Shown: positions 20,652 through 31,462, counted from the stretch's first letter. The stretch: 64,000 nt of DNA from an uncultured archaeon (GCA_963782915.1 CAWALK010000018.1:1994-65993), one strand, 5' to 3'. The notes: generated by a model not told the origin, from the letters alone. Numbers and translations are program-made.

Positions 20652-21005
20652 TTGGCTGCGGTTACGGTTGAGGACGTTTGGGATACTCTGAATGTTGGCG
20701 ATTCGGATATTTCTGAGGCTAAAGTTCTCAAGATGATTAAGCGTGCCGAAGTGACTTTAGAGCTTGAACTCAACGTAGAAATTGACTATGCAAACTGTTC
20801 GGATGCCAAAAAGGAAGCTATAACGGTTTTGGCTGCTATGTATGCGCTGTGCTTCTTGACTGGCGGGTCAACTGTTGGGTTGAACTTTAGCGTGGGTGAC
20901 CTCAATGCTAGTCAGTCTTCGAAGTTGCCAAGCTTCGATGTGCTGCAAGGCGAGTTTTCCCGTCTGCTAGACAAGCTAAAAACGCCCTACATTGGGAGGG
21001 CTTAG
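20652..21005 (+). CDS. Head-tail connector (gp6/gp15-like)
   Basis: VTVEDV...SEAKVLKMIKRAE...helical core and GLNFSVGDL hairpin; first gene of the neck operon. Confidence 0.7.
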   Translation: MAAVTVEDVWDTLNVGDSDISEAKVLKMIKRAEVTLELELNVEIDYANCSDAKKEAITVLAAMYALCFLTGGSTVGLNFSVGDLNASQSSKLPSFDVLQGEFSRLLDKLKTPYIGRA

Positions 21006-21008
21006 CCC

Positions 21009-22634
21009 ATGGGCACGGTTCCAGATGCCTACTTTCAGTTTGTGATGCACTATGCGCCCTACTACTACGTTGTTCCCACTAACTTGGCTGCGGATGCGGC
21101 TGCTGGGCAGAAAAACGTAACTGTTGCGGACGGTTCGAAGTTTCAAGCTGATTTTCCCGTTGAAATCAAGGATTCCGCCCATAGCGAATGGAGCGAAGTT
21201 GAAAGCGTTCTTGGCAACGTTGTAACCCTCAAGAACAATCTAGCCAACAGCTACTTTATTGCAAAGGCTGGGTTGATGGAGGGTCCTGACCCTGCGTTTG
21301 GTCGTGGCACTTTTGCCGCTGCTTTCGCCATCGAGTTTCTCTGTGAAGCCTACTCGGCCCCTCAATTCTCAAGCCAACAAAGCAGACATACTCGCCAAAA
21401 TTGTGGAGTTAGCCGATTGGCTGCTGACACAGCAATGCATCGACCCTGCGAGGACTGCGTATGGCGGCTTCAAAAGCGGGGAGTCATCGACTGACTATTG
21501 GAGTATTGATGCTGGCAGGGCTATTCCTGCATTGCTGAAGGCTTACGCCGTGACGTCAACGGCTGCCTACTTGGACGCGGCTAAGTTGGCGGGCTACCCT
21601 TTCCTGTACAACATGCAGCGTCTACCCGTGGTTTTGGGTTTGCATGACCGCTACTATGGCGGCTTTGCTTCCTACGTTACCATCGGTGACGGCTGGGAGG
21701 CGTCGATGTATGTCGAGAACCTCTATTGCCTCATAGGCTTAAAGATGCTCGCCGACACCTACGATACCGCCAACGCTCCAACCTACAACAGCGGTGATGA
21801 GTGATGCGGTTGCTTTCCTTCGGGACGGTTTGGAGGGGCTTTGGCTCTATTTCTATCCGTTGCCCTCTGGGGATGGCGCTTGGCACCGGGTCGGCTTGAA
21901 TAACACCGAGGTTTATGATGACCCGATAAGCTTCGCCCTGCTTGGCTTGTACACTTATGAGGGTTGGACGGCTAGTTGCCAACGTGTCTATAACGCCGTG
22001 CAGAGCATCAAGGCAAGCGGCCAGTATCCCGCCTATGTTCCTGATGTCTGCTGGCCTGGCTACATAGACGTGGTTTCAAGGTTTCCCGCCTGCAGCTACT
22101 ATGACGGCGTCACGATTGGGATTCTTTGGAAAATCCGCAAAGACCGCGACCCTCCAGGCTACAAGTTAGCCCACGACATCGCTGAGAAGTACGCTGATGA
22201 ATTCATGGATTGGGGACCAATCTTCACCGACTATAGCCCAATTACGCCTGCCAAAGCTATGGCGAACGTAAGCTGGATCGCCCGAATGTTTCTCAACTAC
22301 ACGGAACCATCAACGCAATTCACTAAAGATACTCAAAAGCAAGGGTGAAGCGGTTCTGCTTTATCCAGTGCGGCAAGCTGTGGAAACCGTTGATTACGGC
22401 GACCCTCTTGAATTGCTCGCCGTGGTTTCTCAGCTTAAAGCTGAACAGGTTCTCATAGAGCCCGGGTACTACACAAATGACTATTTGGCGTTCTACACGT
22501 TTCTGCCCGTGCGCAGTCACGACAAGATAAGGCGTCAAGGCGAGGACTACGAGGTGCAGACTGTGTCGCCTTTTGCTTTTGCTAATCAGCGGCTCTACTT
22601 CAAGAGCACGGCAAGGAGGCTGCTTACCAGTTGA
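21009..22634 (+). CDS. (alpha/alpha)-toroid glycosidase-like domain probably fused to a C-terminal head-closure domain (frameshifted)
   Basis: LADWLLTQQ...YGGF...IDAGRAIPALLKAY helical repeats; removing one A near 22330 joins QFTKILKSKGEAVLL...DKIRRQGEDYEVQTV. Confidence 0.55.
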
Positions 22635-23631
22635 GTGAGTTAGAAGACCCCGTAGCTACCTTGCTAAGGCTGATTAATTCGCGAATTCGAGTTACCAAAG
22701 ATAATGGCGAGGCTGCTAAGTTGTTGGCTTCTGAGGCAGCGTTTGACCGCGAACTTTTGCTCAAAGAATATGATGCCCAAATCACCCTCCAAGTAGACCC
22801 TGTGTTGGGCGTTCAAGACCAAAAACTCAACCTGTCTGGCAGCAAAAGACGTCAGCTGCATTTCTTCAAGTGCACGGTCCACTCTATCGATAAGACTGCT
22901 CCCGGTTCTGACGCGGGCAGAGTCATGCGAAACAAGGTTACTGAGCAGATTAAAGCGATTATCCGTGAGAACCGAACCTTGCCCTATGAGACGGCTTATA
23001 ATTTTGCTGGGCTCGGCTATCCATCGGGCGACCCACATAAGGCGTATGCTGCAGGTGCCGCCTCAGAGTTGGCGCCGTCTAGTGGCTTCTTGGGCTGAGC
23101 TTTCTGCCGTGGATTATCAGGGCATTTGGTACAGTGACGATGTCCATTACTCCAAGAGCGTAGCCGTCAACAATCAGTATGGCTTGATGCTGTTTAGGTT
23201 CAAGGTTGGGCCAAGAGAGCAATGCATCAAGTCTTTGGTGCTGAGCTTCGAAGGCTACGGTACCGCTCCCGGTGGCAACGGTGTAACTGTCAAAGTTTGG
23301 AATCATATGGCGGGTGCTTGGCAGTATCCACAGTATGGAACCGCAGGCACAGACGAAACCCTGACAATCCCGATTTCGGCGAACTGGACGGATTACGTGG
23401 ACTCTGATGGCTACGTTTGGATGATTGCCAGAACCACAAACCCAAGCAACGGCGTAACACCCGCCGTGCTCTACTGCGACTATGTGCAGTTGACGGTTCA
23501 GGTTCGTGGAATCACTAACTGCGATGTCGTAAGCTACAAGCCCATCAGACATCGTTGAGGTTAAGCCGTTTCTCTTCAAGACGGAACTTGTTTTGAAGGG
23601 TTGGGCTTTCGAGGAAATAACTTTAGGCTAA
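22631..23631 (+). CDS. Tail terminator-like protein with inserted beta-sandwich domain (frameshifted)
   Basis: N-terminal EDPVATLLRLI...RVMRNKVTEQIKAIIREN and C-terminal KPFLFKTELVLKGW flank a beta-rich insert. Confidence 0.5.
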
Positions 23632-23647
23632 CGGAGTATGGAAAAGA

Positions 23648-24518
23648 ATGGTTGAAACCTATAGCACCGACCAAGAACGCATCTACTACATAGCGGAAGC
23701 AACCAAAGGCACAACCCCAACAGTAACGCCGGCAATGCTTGGAGTACCCCATGAATCAATCAACCCAGGCTTTAACCCAAGCAATCTGCTACTGCGAAGC
23801 GGCGGAAACTATGACCTCTTTGCCATCAAAAAAGGCACTCGCGTGCCCTCCCTCAAAGTCGCCTACATCGTGCCCTCGGCGGCGCCAATCGACCTGTTGC
23901 AATACGCCAAAATAGACCTCGATAAGACCCTGAGCGTTCAAGTATTATACTATAAGGGCGCTTGGGCATCAGCAACAGACATCATTTCACTGCTATACAA
24001 CTACATGCGGATTGGCAAGGCAAGCGTTAGCTGCGAAATTGACGATGTAGTCAAAGCCAGCTCTCGAAATGGTAGGGCAGAACATCACCACTGGCACGGC
24101 TAAGCTGACTGATGCAACCTACACGGACTATGCGGGTGCAGTTGCATTCAACGAAACAGACGTTACCATTGGGGGAGTTGCAAACGACCGAGTTGTAAGC
24201 TGGAAATTCGACGTAAACAACAACCCCAAGCAAGTGCCCGTTATCCGCAGCACCAACGGCTACTTAGCAAAGTACATTCCTTTTGGCAATCGGCAACTAA
24301 GCGGTGAAGTCCGTTTTGAGTTTGAGAGCAAAGCAGAGATGGACAATGCCCTCGCCGACACAGAGTTTAACATCCGATTTGGGCTTGGCGGCACCGCATA
24401 TGCTCAGATGGATGCAGCCAAATGGGGCAACATAACAAGCGAGAAGTGGCTTGATGACCTAATCGCGGTTAGGGCGCAGTTTGATGCGAAGGGTCCGCTT
24501 AGCATAGCGGCAAGTTGA
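23648..24518 (+). CDS. Tail tube protein (frameshifted)
   Basis: YIAEATKGTTP...; SWKFDVNNN...GNRQLSGEVRFEFE lambda gpV-like pattern. Confidence 0.75.
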
Positions 24519-24527
24519 GGTGAGAAA

Positions 24528-24704
24528 ATGGAAGAAGTGAAAGTGGAAGACTGGCTTAAAATATGGGAGAAAATAGGCGTTCGTCTCCTTCAGCTTCCGA
24601 AGTGGATGCAACAAATCGTACTTGAAGACATCAACACAGCCATCAATAACAGACTTGCAGTAATGGAGGTAATCTACAACGTACACAGAAAAAATAAGGA
24701 TTAA
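24528..24704 (+). CDS. Small hypothetical protein (58 aa)
   Basis: MEEVKVEDWLKIWEKIGVRLLQLPKWMQQIVLEDINTAINNRL; preceded by GAGGTGA ribosome-binding site. Confidence 0.55.
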   Translation: MEEVKVEDWLKIWEKIGVRLLQLPKWMQQIVLEDINTAINNRLAVMEVIYNVHRKNKD

Positions 24705-25204
24705 CGAGCGTTTCGGCGAGCAATTTGTAGGCGACTATGAATTCCGCCAAATCACTCAGGGAGAATACGAGCGGGTACTCGTTAGCTACATGGATGCAGC
24801 GGGCAAAGTTCCCAAAACAGGACATCCTCAAAGTTAACCGGGAATGCCTCTGGATGTCACTTGTCAGCCAACCCGCCTCAAAACCTCTCTTTAAAGACCT
24901 CATAGTTCAAGGGCGTCTCCCCTATGGTCTTAGCCTAAAGTTGCAGGAAGTCTACGACAACGTCAACGGCATCGAGATGGATGAGCAGCGTTTTTTATCC
25001 TCGCCATCAGACGAAAACAACCCAACCCCAGACTCACAAAATTCGTCATGTGTGAGCGATTCGGATGGACAGAAGCCAGAGTACAACGCCACAAGCAGAC
25101 AAACCATAGCTGAGTTTTCACTAATCCTTCGCACTTTAGAAGAGATGGCAGAGGACGAAGCCAAAAAAGCAGAACAGGAAAAAAGAAAATGTCCGTCGAG
25201 GTAA
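24660..25204 (+). CDS. Tail assembly chaperone G/GT with -1 slippery site
   Basis: Lies between tube and tape measure; T TTT TTA at 24991-24997 in phase; -1 frame gives MCERFGWTEA; start coordinate approximate. Confidence 0.6.
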
Positions 25205-25558
25205 CATTTGACGTTCAAGGCGTGGACGAATTCGTTGCGGCAATGCAACGCCTAGATAGCGGCTATGCAGGAGAGAGTCCGCGCTTGGCTCTACGATTGG
25301 GCACAGCGAGTAGTTGATGAAGCCAAACGTAACGCTCCTGTACGCACGGGCTATCTTCAAAGCAAAATCTACGCCATGGCTCAAGAATGGGTCGTGGAAA
25401 TTGGGGCAGGGGCAGCCTACAGCTACTTTGTTGAGTTCGGGACCCGCTACATGTCAGCCCACCCGTTCCTTTACCCTGCAGTGCAAGCGTTTCTCCCAGA
25501 GCTAGAAACTAACATTATCGGTGCTATTGAGCAGGCAAAAGCGGAGGCTGGATTGTGA
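25189..25558 (+). CDS. HK97 gp10-like tail-completion protein (frameshifted)
   Basis: AKRNAPVRTGYLQSKI...YFVEFGTRYMSAHPFLYPA. Confidence 0.85.
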
Positions 25559-26097
25559 GTTTTAGAGAAATTACAATGTCTATTCGGGCAATCAACCGAG
25601 CAAGCAGCGAGTTTAATCGTATTCAAACAGACGCCGAGCTTATGACGGCACGCATCAAGAGCTTTGGAGCTGCTCTGGCTGGCATAGGCGCAGCAGGCAC
25701 AGCCATCGGATACATGGCTAACCAATTTGGGATCTTAAACGATGAGCAAACCAAAGTTGTCACGGGCACCATGATGCTTGTTTCAGTCATGGGCATGTTT
25801 CTGCGTACAAGCACCGGGTTGGCCGTAGCTCAAAAAGTCTATGCCGCCGCATGTGCGTTTGCAACGGCAGTTCAAAACGCCCTAAACATCAGCTACGCAA
25901 CCTTCTTGGCATTAACAGGCGTGGGTATCGCTGTGATTGCCGCTGCCGCAGTGGCTATGTATGCCTTCGCCAACAGCATGAATACAGCAACGGCAAGCGT
26001 GCAGAACTTCAATGCATCGGCAGCCGAAACGCCGACCAGAGTTAAGGGCATTACTCGTGCAGGGGACGCAGAACTTGCAAGGCGAGGGATTGAGTAA
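25555..26097 (+). CDS. Very short tape-measure-like protein (180 aa)
   Basis: ITMSIRAINRASSEF N-terminus typical of tape measures; Ala/Gly-rich hydrophobic helices; followed by the hub gene. Confidence 0.6.
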   Translation: MSFREITMSIRAINRASSEFNRIQTDAELMTARIKSFGAALAGIGAAGTAIGYMANQFGILNDEQTKVVTGTMMLVSVMGMFLRTSTGLAVAQKVYAAACAFATAVQNALNISYATFLALTGVGIAVIAAAAVAMYAFANSMNTATASVQNFNASAAETPTRVKGITRAGDAELARRGIE

Positions 26098-28497
26098 ATG
26101 TCCACCGCTGCCCCAAGTATCGCCCTAGTTTTTGGCGCTGTAGCCCCTCCGCAAGCTGATGTCGTTGAGCTTCTGGTGCATTTGGGCTGTAGCAAAGAAG
26201 TCAGCAGCTACGACATTACCCTGCATAACCATAACGGCAAGTACAGCCCAAACGGAGCAACACCCATAACCGTGGGCATGGACGGCTCAATTAGCTTAGG
26301 GCGAACACCAAACTGTCCTCTGCTTATGACGCTTGCGGGTTGAAAAAGTCCATTACCAAAGCTCGCCTACTGAAAGCTACTTGACTGTTTCTGGGCGTTG
26401 CTGGGGCGAGCGGCTGTTCCGCCGAGTAGTCACGGCAACCTATTCGGGCATGAAGGGCGAGGAAATTGTTAAGGACCTGATGGATTACTATGCGGGTCTC
26501 AGCCATGTACGTGGAAGCACAGAGCTTGTTGAAACCACAGACACAACCTATACGGAATTGGAATACGAGGACTCGCCCGTCTGGGACATCCTCAAGTACG
26601 TTGCCGAATCCGCCGATAAATCAGGCGTCATAGGCTTTGATTTTCGGGTTTCCCCTGACGGCAAATTCGAGTTTTTCCCCAAGCTCTCCAAAACAAACTC
26701 AACCGTAATCACCGAGAACATCGACACCACAGCAGAGTATGAAAAAGAAATCACCAGGATAAGAAACAAAGTTACTGTTTACGGCTTAGCGGACAAGAGC
26801 AGGCCAGCGGATAAGGTTTCTTGGACTCGCCAGCCTCACGCCTACGGATGGCACTTGGACGGCAAGCGCTGGATCCGTAAGCGTTGACGCTACAGGAGCA
26901 CCGGACGGCGGCGCATGCATCAAACTCTATGCGCCCAGCAACTATTTTGGCAGCGCAAACTTCACCCTAAACGCTGGGTCATCTCCTCAACTGTGAGCAG
27001 TATCCCATCTTGGCGTTGATGCTGAAGGCAGAGGCGGCTTTCGGCGGAACTGGCAACTCTAACGCTCTATGATAACACTTACAAGGTGGCAGCCAAAGAA
27101 GTCTCGATTTCTCCAGACGCAGCTTGGCATGGCATTGAAACGGGTGTAGGCTCAGCCTACGCTAACCAATGGAACTCTGTTCAGATCAGGGTTTGACTGG
27201 ACGCAAATCCTCTGTGTTCGCATTACTCTTTGGTATCCTGGAACGGTTGGGACGGGTAGCTTCTGGATTCATCAACTCTACATCGGGGGACGCCGATACT
27301 CTGGACTCTCTCAGGATACGGCAAGCCAAGCAGCTTATGGCCTGCGGGAATATGTTGAGGTTGATGAGGAACTTTGGAGCGATGGCGAATGTAACCGCCG
27401 CTCAGCTGCACTTTTGGCGTATCTCAAAGACCCAGCCGAACACCTGCACATAGTTAGCACCGTTTTGGATTATGGGACGTCGCCGATTAAGGCAGGCGAT
27501 AAAGTGCACGTGGAGCTTCCAACTGAGGGCGTCAACAGTGACTTTAGGGTTGAAAGCATCGAGTATCGTGTGCCAAAAGAGGACCCCACAAAGCTCGAAT
27601 TAACATTGGAGCTGGGCAAGGAACCTCCGCAACTAGCCGATTATCTCTATGGTTTGCGTACCCACACGCCTAACGTTGAGAAACTTAGCAGAACAAAGCT
27701 TGGCAAACGAGGCGTTCCTGTGGCTTCTGGCGGCGGAGGCGGGGGTAGCAGTGGCAGCTACTTTAACAGTAACGCGGAAATCGACAAAGCATCTCCCTGC
27801 CTAAACCTGATGACGTCTCGAACGCTGAAAGCAGCGTTTGGGCATGACGGCGCCAACACTTTTCTAGTCTCTTACGCAGGGGACTTAATCGCCTATTCAG
27901 CAAACCATCTTATCCGCCCAATTACAGACGGAAGCGATGACTTGGGCAACGGATCTTTCCGTTTTGGCTCAGCTTACCTCAAAAATAACCTCTATGTTGG
28001 CAGGCTGGGAAGTTGTCGCCAACACGGGCAGAATCAACATGTGGTCAATGCCTCGTGATACCTCGGGTTTGGTTCTGGAAGCTCAAGGCGTAAGTAACTA
28101 TCCGACGTATGTTGACCCCAACGGCAGATACGCCCCCGCATCTCATAATCACGCTAACATGTACCCTGCGGGAGGCAACAACACCGGGGCATGCGGGGAC
28201 ACATCGACTTATTGGCATGTGGTTGCAGGCGATAGCGTTTGGTACAATGCGCTCGGACACATGGACATGATAGATGACATAGCCGCAATCAAAAAAATCA
28301 AGTGTAGCGAGAAGACCGATAAACACGGCGTGCCGTTAATTGACATTAATTCTTTGCCTGAAGAAGTGCGCAGTGAGGAAGGCATGCTTCACGCGGGTCA
28401 TCTAATGGGTTTAGCGTTCGGTGCTATAAAGCAATTGACTGCCAAAGTTGAGGCATTGGAAAAAGAGTTAGCGAAAACGCAAGGCACTAATTCGTAA
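26098..28497 (+). CDS. Baseplate hub fused to tail spike with C-terminal intramolecular-chaperone-like domain (several frameshifts)
   Basis: gpD/gp27-like GRCWGERL...WDILKYVAE...FDFRV...IRNKVTVYG; Gly linker; C-terminal SLPEEV...GAIKQLTAKVEALE coiled coil; single-gene reading is inferred. Confidence 0.6.
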
Positions 28498-28526
28498 TTT
28501 AAAAACTGATATTTTATTCCCTCATT

Positions 28527-28838
28527 CTACTCCGGTTCGATAGTTGCAGAGATATCAAAGTGTATCCGCTCTAAGTCGCGCTCTGTGAGTAAGTCCACTT
28601 GGGTACGTTCAGTGATTGCTTGTTCTGCCATATCCATGAGGAGGCATTCGCAGATTACGCAACGGTAGATGCCTTTTAACGGATCTCGAAATAACTCGGT
28701 TTTTGCTGGAACCATAACGGCATCGTCCTTATCCGTGGCTAATAGGGGTATTGAAGGGCTTAGTTTTTCTATGAGGGTTTTTACTTCTTGTTCGGTTCTA
28801 TGGCATATCCAGCATCGTTTTTCTTTATTCATCGGCAA
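28527..28838 (-). CDS. Zinc-finger hypothetical protein (cargo)
   Basis: CWIC...CVIC Cys pairs. Confidence 0.6.
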   Translation of the reverse strand: MPMNKEKRCWICHRTEQEVKTLIEKLSPSIPLLATDKDDAVMVPAKTELFRDPLKGIYRCVICECLLMDMAEQAITERTQVDLLTERDLERIHFDISATIEPE

Positions 28839-28900
28839 TTCACTAAACCCATTATTTTTGATTTTCTTTATTTCTTTTTCGGAACTAAGGGTGCTATAGT

Positions 28901-29039
28901 TTGCCTGAGGAGATGCTTTCTAAATCTGGGCTTGGTTCATGGTGGGCATGTTTTGGGTTTAGCTCTTAGCGCAATTACGCAACTGAACGCAAAAGTCGAG
29001 GCATTAGAAAAACAACAAGAGAAAATGCGCTCATCCTGA
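28901..29039 (+). pseudogene. Orphan remnant of the tail-spike C-terminus
   Basis: LPEEMLSKSG/LVHGGHVLGLALSAITQLNAKVEALEKQ* versus native LPEEVRSEEGMLHAGHLMGLAFGAIKQLTAKVEALEKE (28354-28497). Confidence 0.8.
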
Positions 29040-29209
29040 AATCAGTTGCCGACATAACCCATATGGAAAGACATCCGACTACCTGATATATGTACAAACT
29101 GCCGACCGCTTAAAAATGAGGTTTATTTTTGAAAGCGGAGTGCAAAGAAATAACACAAAATTTTTCGCTTACAAAAACACCGTTTATGGTTTTTGACATT
29201 AGTAGTTTC

Positions 29210-30091
29210 TTATTTTAACCTCTTAGCTGCATCAGAAATATCTAGCCCTATTCTCTCTATTTCTAGCTTTAGCATATCATATAGATCTGAATTTTCTCTG
29301 TAGTCTGGATGGTAGGGACCAAGAGTAGTTCTTTCACCCCTAGCAATTGCCCAAGCACGCCTATTATCGACCACAAGAGCCGCGCCTTTTCGTTTATGTT
29401 TTAATATACCAATTGTTTTTCCGCCATTTGACTGAACCGTTGAAAAGCATGGAATATCAGTTGGTCCGTCACCGACATAGATCATATTTGAAAAAGCGAT
29501 TCGCCTATCTTCTCGTGGAATAACATCATTTACACGATAAGGGTTCCGTCTAAGCTCAAGACCGCTAATGCCCTTGTTAATTGCATATAGAAATTTTGTT
29601 TTTTCAGTAAAAGTTACGATGCTTTTGGGCATGATTTGTCCTTCTTTTTCCTCAAAAGTGCAACCAAATATGTCTTTTATTGACGTTGCTATTGAGGTGC
29701 CTCGGATTATTTCTTCAAAACCCCCCGAGATGATATAGAATTCTATTCGAACGAATGCTTCTTTGAATTCCTTCCTTGAATTAACGAACTTTTCAAGTCT
29801 TTGGACCATGTCCTCAACGCCTGGGAATAGTTGGACCTTTGATCCTAGCTCTCTGAGATCTTCATTTTTTATGGTGAGTTGCTTTTGTTTCAATTTTGCT
29901 GAAATACGGTCAATATAAGCGAGCGGTGGGTCCCAGCCTTGTTTGACTAGGCTTCCTACCTCTTCGTTCCAAAAGGATTCTATTGATGTTTCATTCATTC
30001 CAAGAATCTCACTCAAAAACAAATTTGTAGTGTCGTCGCCTAAGGTATCGTCAAAATCACAAATTACCGCTATAGTGCTTGAAATGGGCAT
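29210..30091 (-). CDS. HAD-superfamily hydrolase
   Basis: Motif I CDFDDT, motif II ISGG, conserved Lys, motif IV GDGPTD. Confidence 0.85.
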   Translation of the reverse strand: MPISSTIAVICDFDDTLGDDTTNLFLSEILGMNETSIESFWNEEVGSLVKQGWDPPLAYIDRISAKLKQKQLTIKNEDLRELGSKVQLFPGVEDMVQRLEKFVNSRKEFKEAFVRIEFYIISGGFEEIIRGTSIATSIKDIFGCTFEEKEGQIMPKSIVTFTEKTKFLYAINKGISGLELRRNPYRVNDVIPREDRRIAFSNMIYVGDGPTDIPCFSTVQSNGGKTIGILKHKRKGAALVVDNRRAWAIARGERTTLGPYHPDYRENSDLYDMLKLEIERIGLDISDAAKRLK

Positions 30092-30308
30092 GAATGGTCA
30101 CTTGCTGTTCCTTTAGACGTAAGTAACTAATAGTTTTTGCTAGAATCTTTAGATTTTAACTGAGTTTCGAGCCCAGGAATGATAAATTAAACTTTTGTGA
30201 GGGGTAGACTTATTGCTAAAACCGCCATCAGCAAAGGGCATCATCGCTAAGTATTTCACTTGTTACCCATAATCTTATAATTAAAGAGACGCTAATACGT
30301 TAAAAATA

Positions 30309-30983
30309 ATGGAGACCAGGGCGATTTTGCAAGAGGCAACAAAAAGGAAAATGCTTAACCGAGGCGTACTAATTGCTGTTGAAGGTATAGATGGCGCTGG
30401 TAAAACTACTCAAACGCTTTTGTTGGCAGAAAGGCTTAAGAAAGTAGGTTATTCAACGATAAATTTACATGAGCCTACGGAAGGAAAATGGGGACAAAGG
30501 ATTAGGGAAATAGCTAAGAGTGGTAGACAAAATATCTCGCCTGAAGAAGAGCTAAATCTGTTTTATCAAGATCGCCTGGAAGATGTCACAAGTAACATTA
30601 ACCCAAGTCTGCAAGAGAAAAAAATTGTCTTAATGGATCGTTATTACTTTTCAAGCATAGCGTATCAAGGCGCTAGAGGGCTTGACATAAATGCAATTGA
30701 AAAGATGAATGAAGAATTTGCACCTAAGCCGGATATTTTGTTTATTCTAGATTTGAAACCGTCGGTTGCTATACAAAGAATAAAACGAAATCGCGATGAT
30801 GGACCTAATGAGTTTGAAAAAAATAAACACCTTGAAAAGGCAAGAGAAATTTTCCTCGATCGGTTTTCAAATAGAGAGTATACTAAAATAATCGAGGCCA
30901 ATGGACGTCGCTCTCCTGAGGAAATTTCTAATAGCATATGGTTGATAGTGGAGCCTGTTATCCGTGGCATCGAACAAAAATAA
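30309..30983 (+). CDS. tmk: Thymidylate (dTMP) kinase
   Basis: EGIDGAGKTTQ P-loop, EP, DRYYFSSIAYQG, PKPD. Confidence 0.9.
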   Translation: METRAILQEATKRKMLNRGVLIAVEGIDGAGKTTQTLLLAERLKKVGYSTINLHEPTEGKWGQRIREIAKSGRQNISPEEELNLFYQDRLEDVTSNINPSLQEKKIVLMDRYYFSSIAYQGARGLDINAIEKMNEEFAPKPDILFILDLKPSVAIQRIKRNRDDGPNEFEKNKHLEKAREIFLDRFSNREYTKIIEANGRRSPEEISNSIWLIVEPVIRGIEQK

Positions 30984-31197
30984 AGAAGACCTTGAAAGTC
31001 TCGAGAAACAGCTTCAAGCGCTTTGTAAAGCCAAAGTCAAAGACGAGAAGGCTATCCGAGAGATTGAGCGAAAAATGACCGTTCTTTTATGTCCTAAAGG
31101 AAAAAACGAGTGTGAACCTGTTTACTGTGTTTTTAACACTTGTAATGCCTGTGAATTTTTAGAAAAGTGGCGGTCTCTAAATCGAGGTCTAAACTAG
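30964..31197 (+). CDS. Small Cys-containing hypothetical protein
   Basis: ORF overlapping the end of tmk. Confidence 0.4.
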   Translation: MASNKNKEDLESLEKQLQALCKAKVKDEKAIREIERKMTVLLCPKGKNECEPVYCVFNTCNACEFLEKWRSLNRGLN

Positions 31198-31462
31198 ACC
31201 TCTTAAGTTCTGCCATTAATTCTTCCAGAGAAACCATAAACGTCGGTCGATTCACACTCTCGAGTTGTTTGTAGATTTTTGATTGGATACCTAACTTAGC
31301 CTCAGTTCTATCAACGGTGTAGTCGAACATCAATCTCTCTTGTTAATTCCTCTGCAAATTCCACATCTTACAAACCCCATAGGGGTGTTCCGTTTTGTCT
31401 GAAAAGAGCGGAGTCAACCTTTTTCCGTCGTGATGGATGATTTACGTCTGAGCGTTCAAACT

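Noticed and set aside
12082-28497. Gene transfer agent rather than provirus
   Set aside because: The element has its own integrase, replication ATPase and tRNA attachment site.
28354-29039. Tail-spike end duplication as an invertible shufflon
   Set aside because: The copies are in direct orientation, there are no inverted crossover sites and no invertase is nearby.
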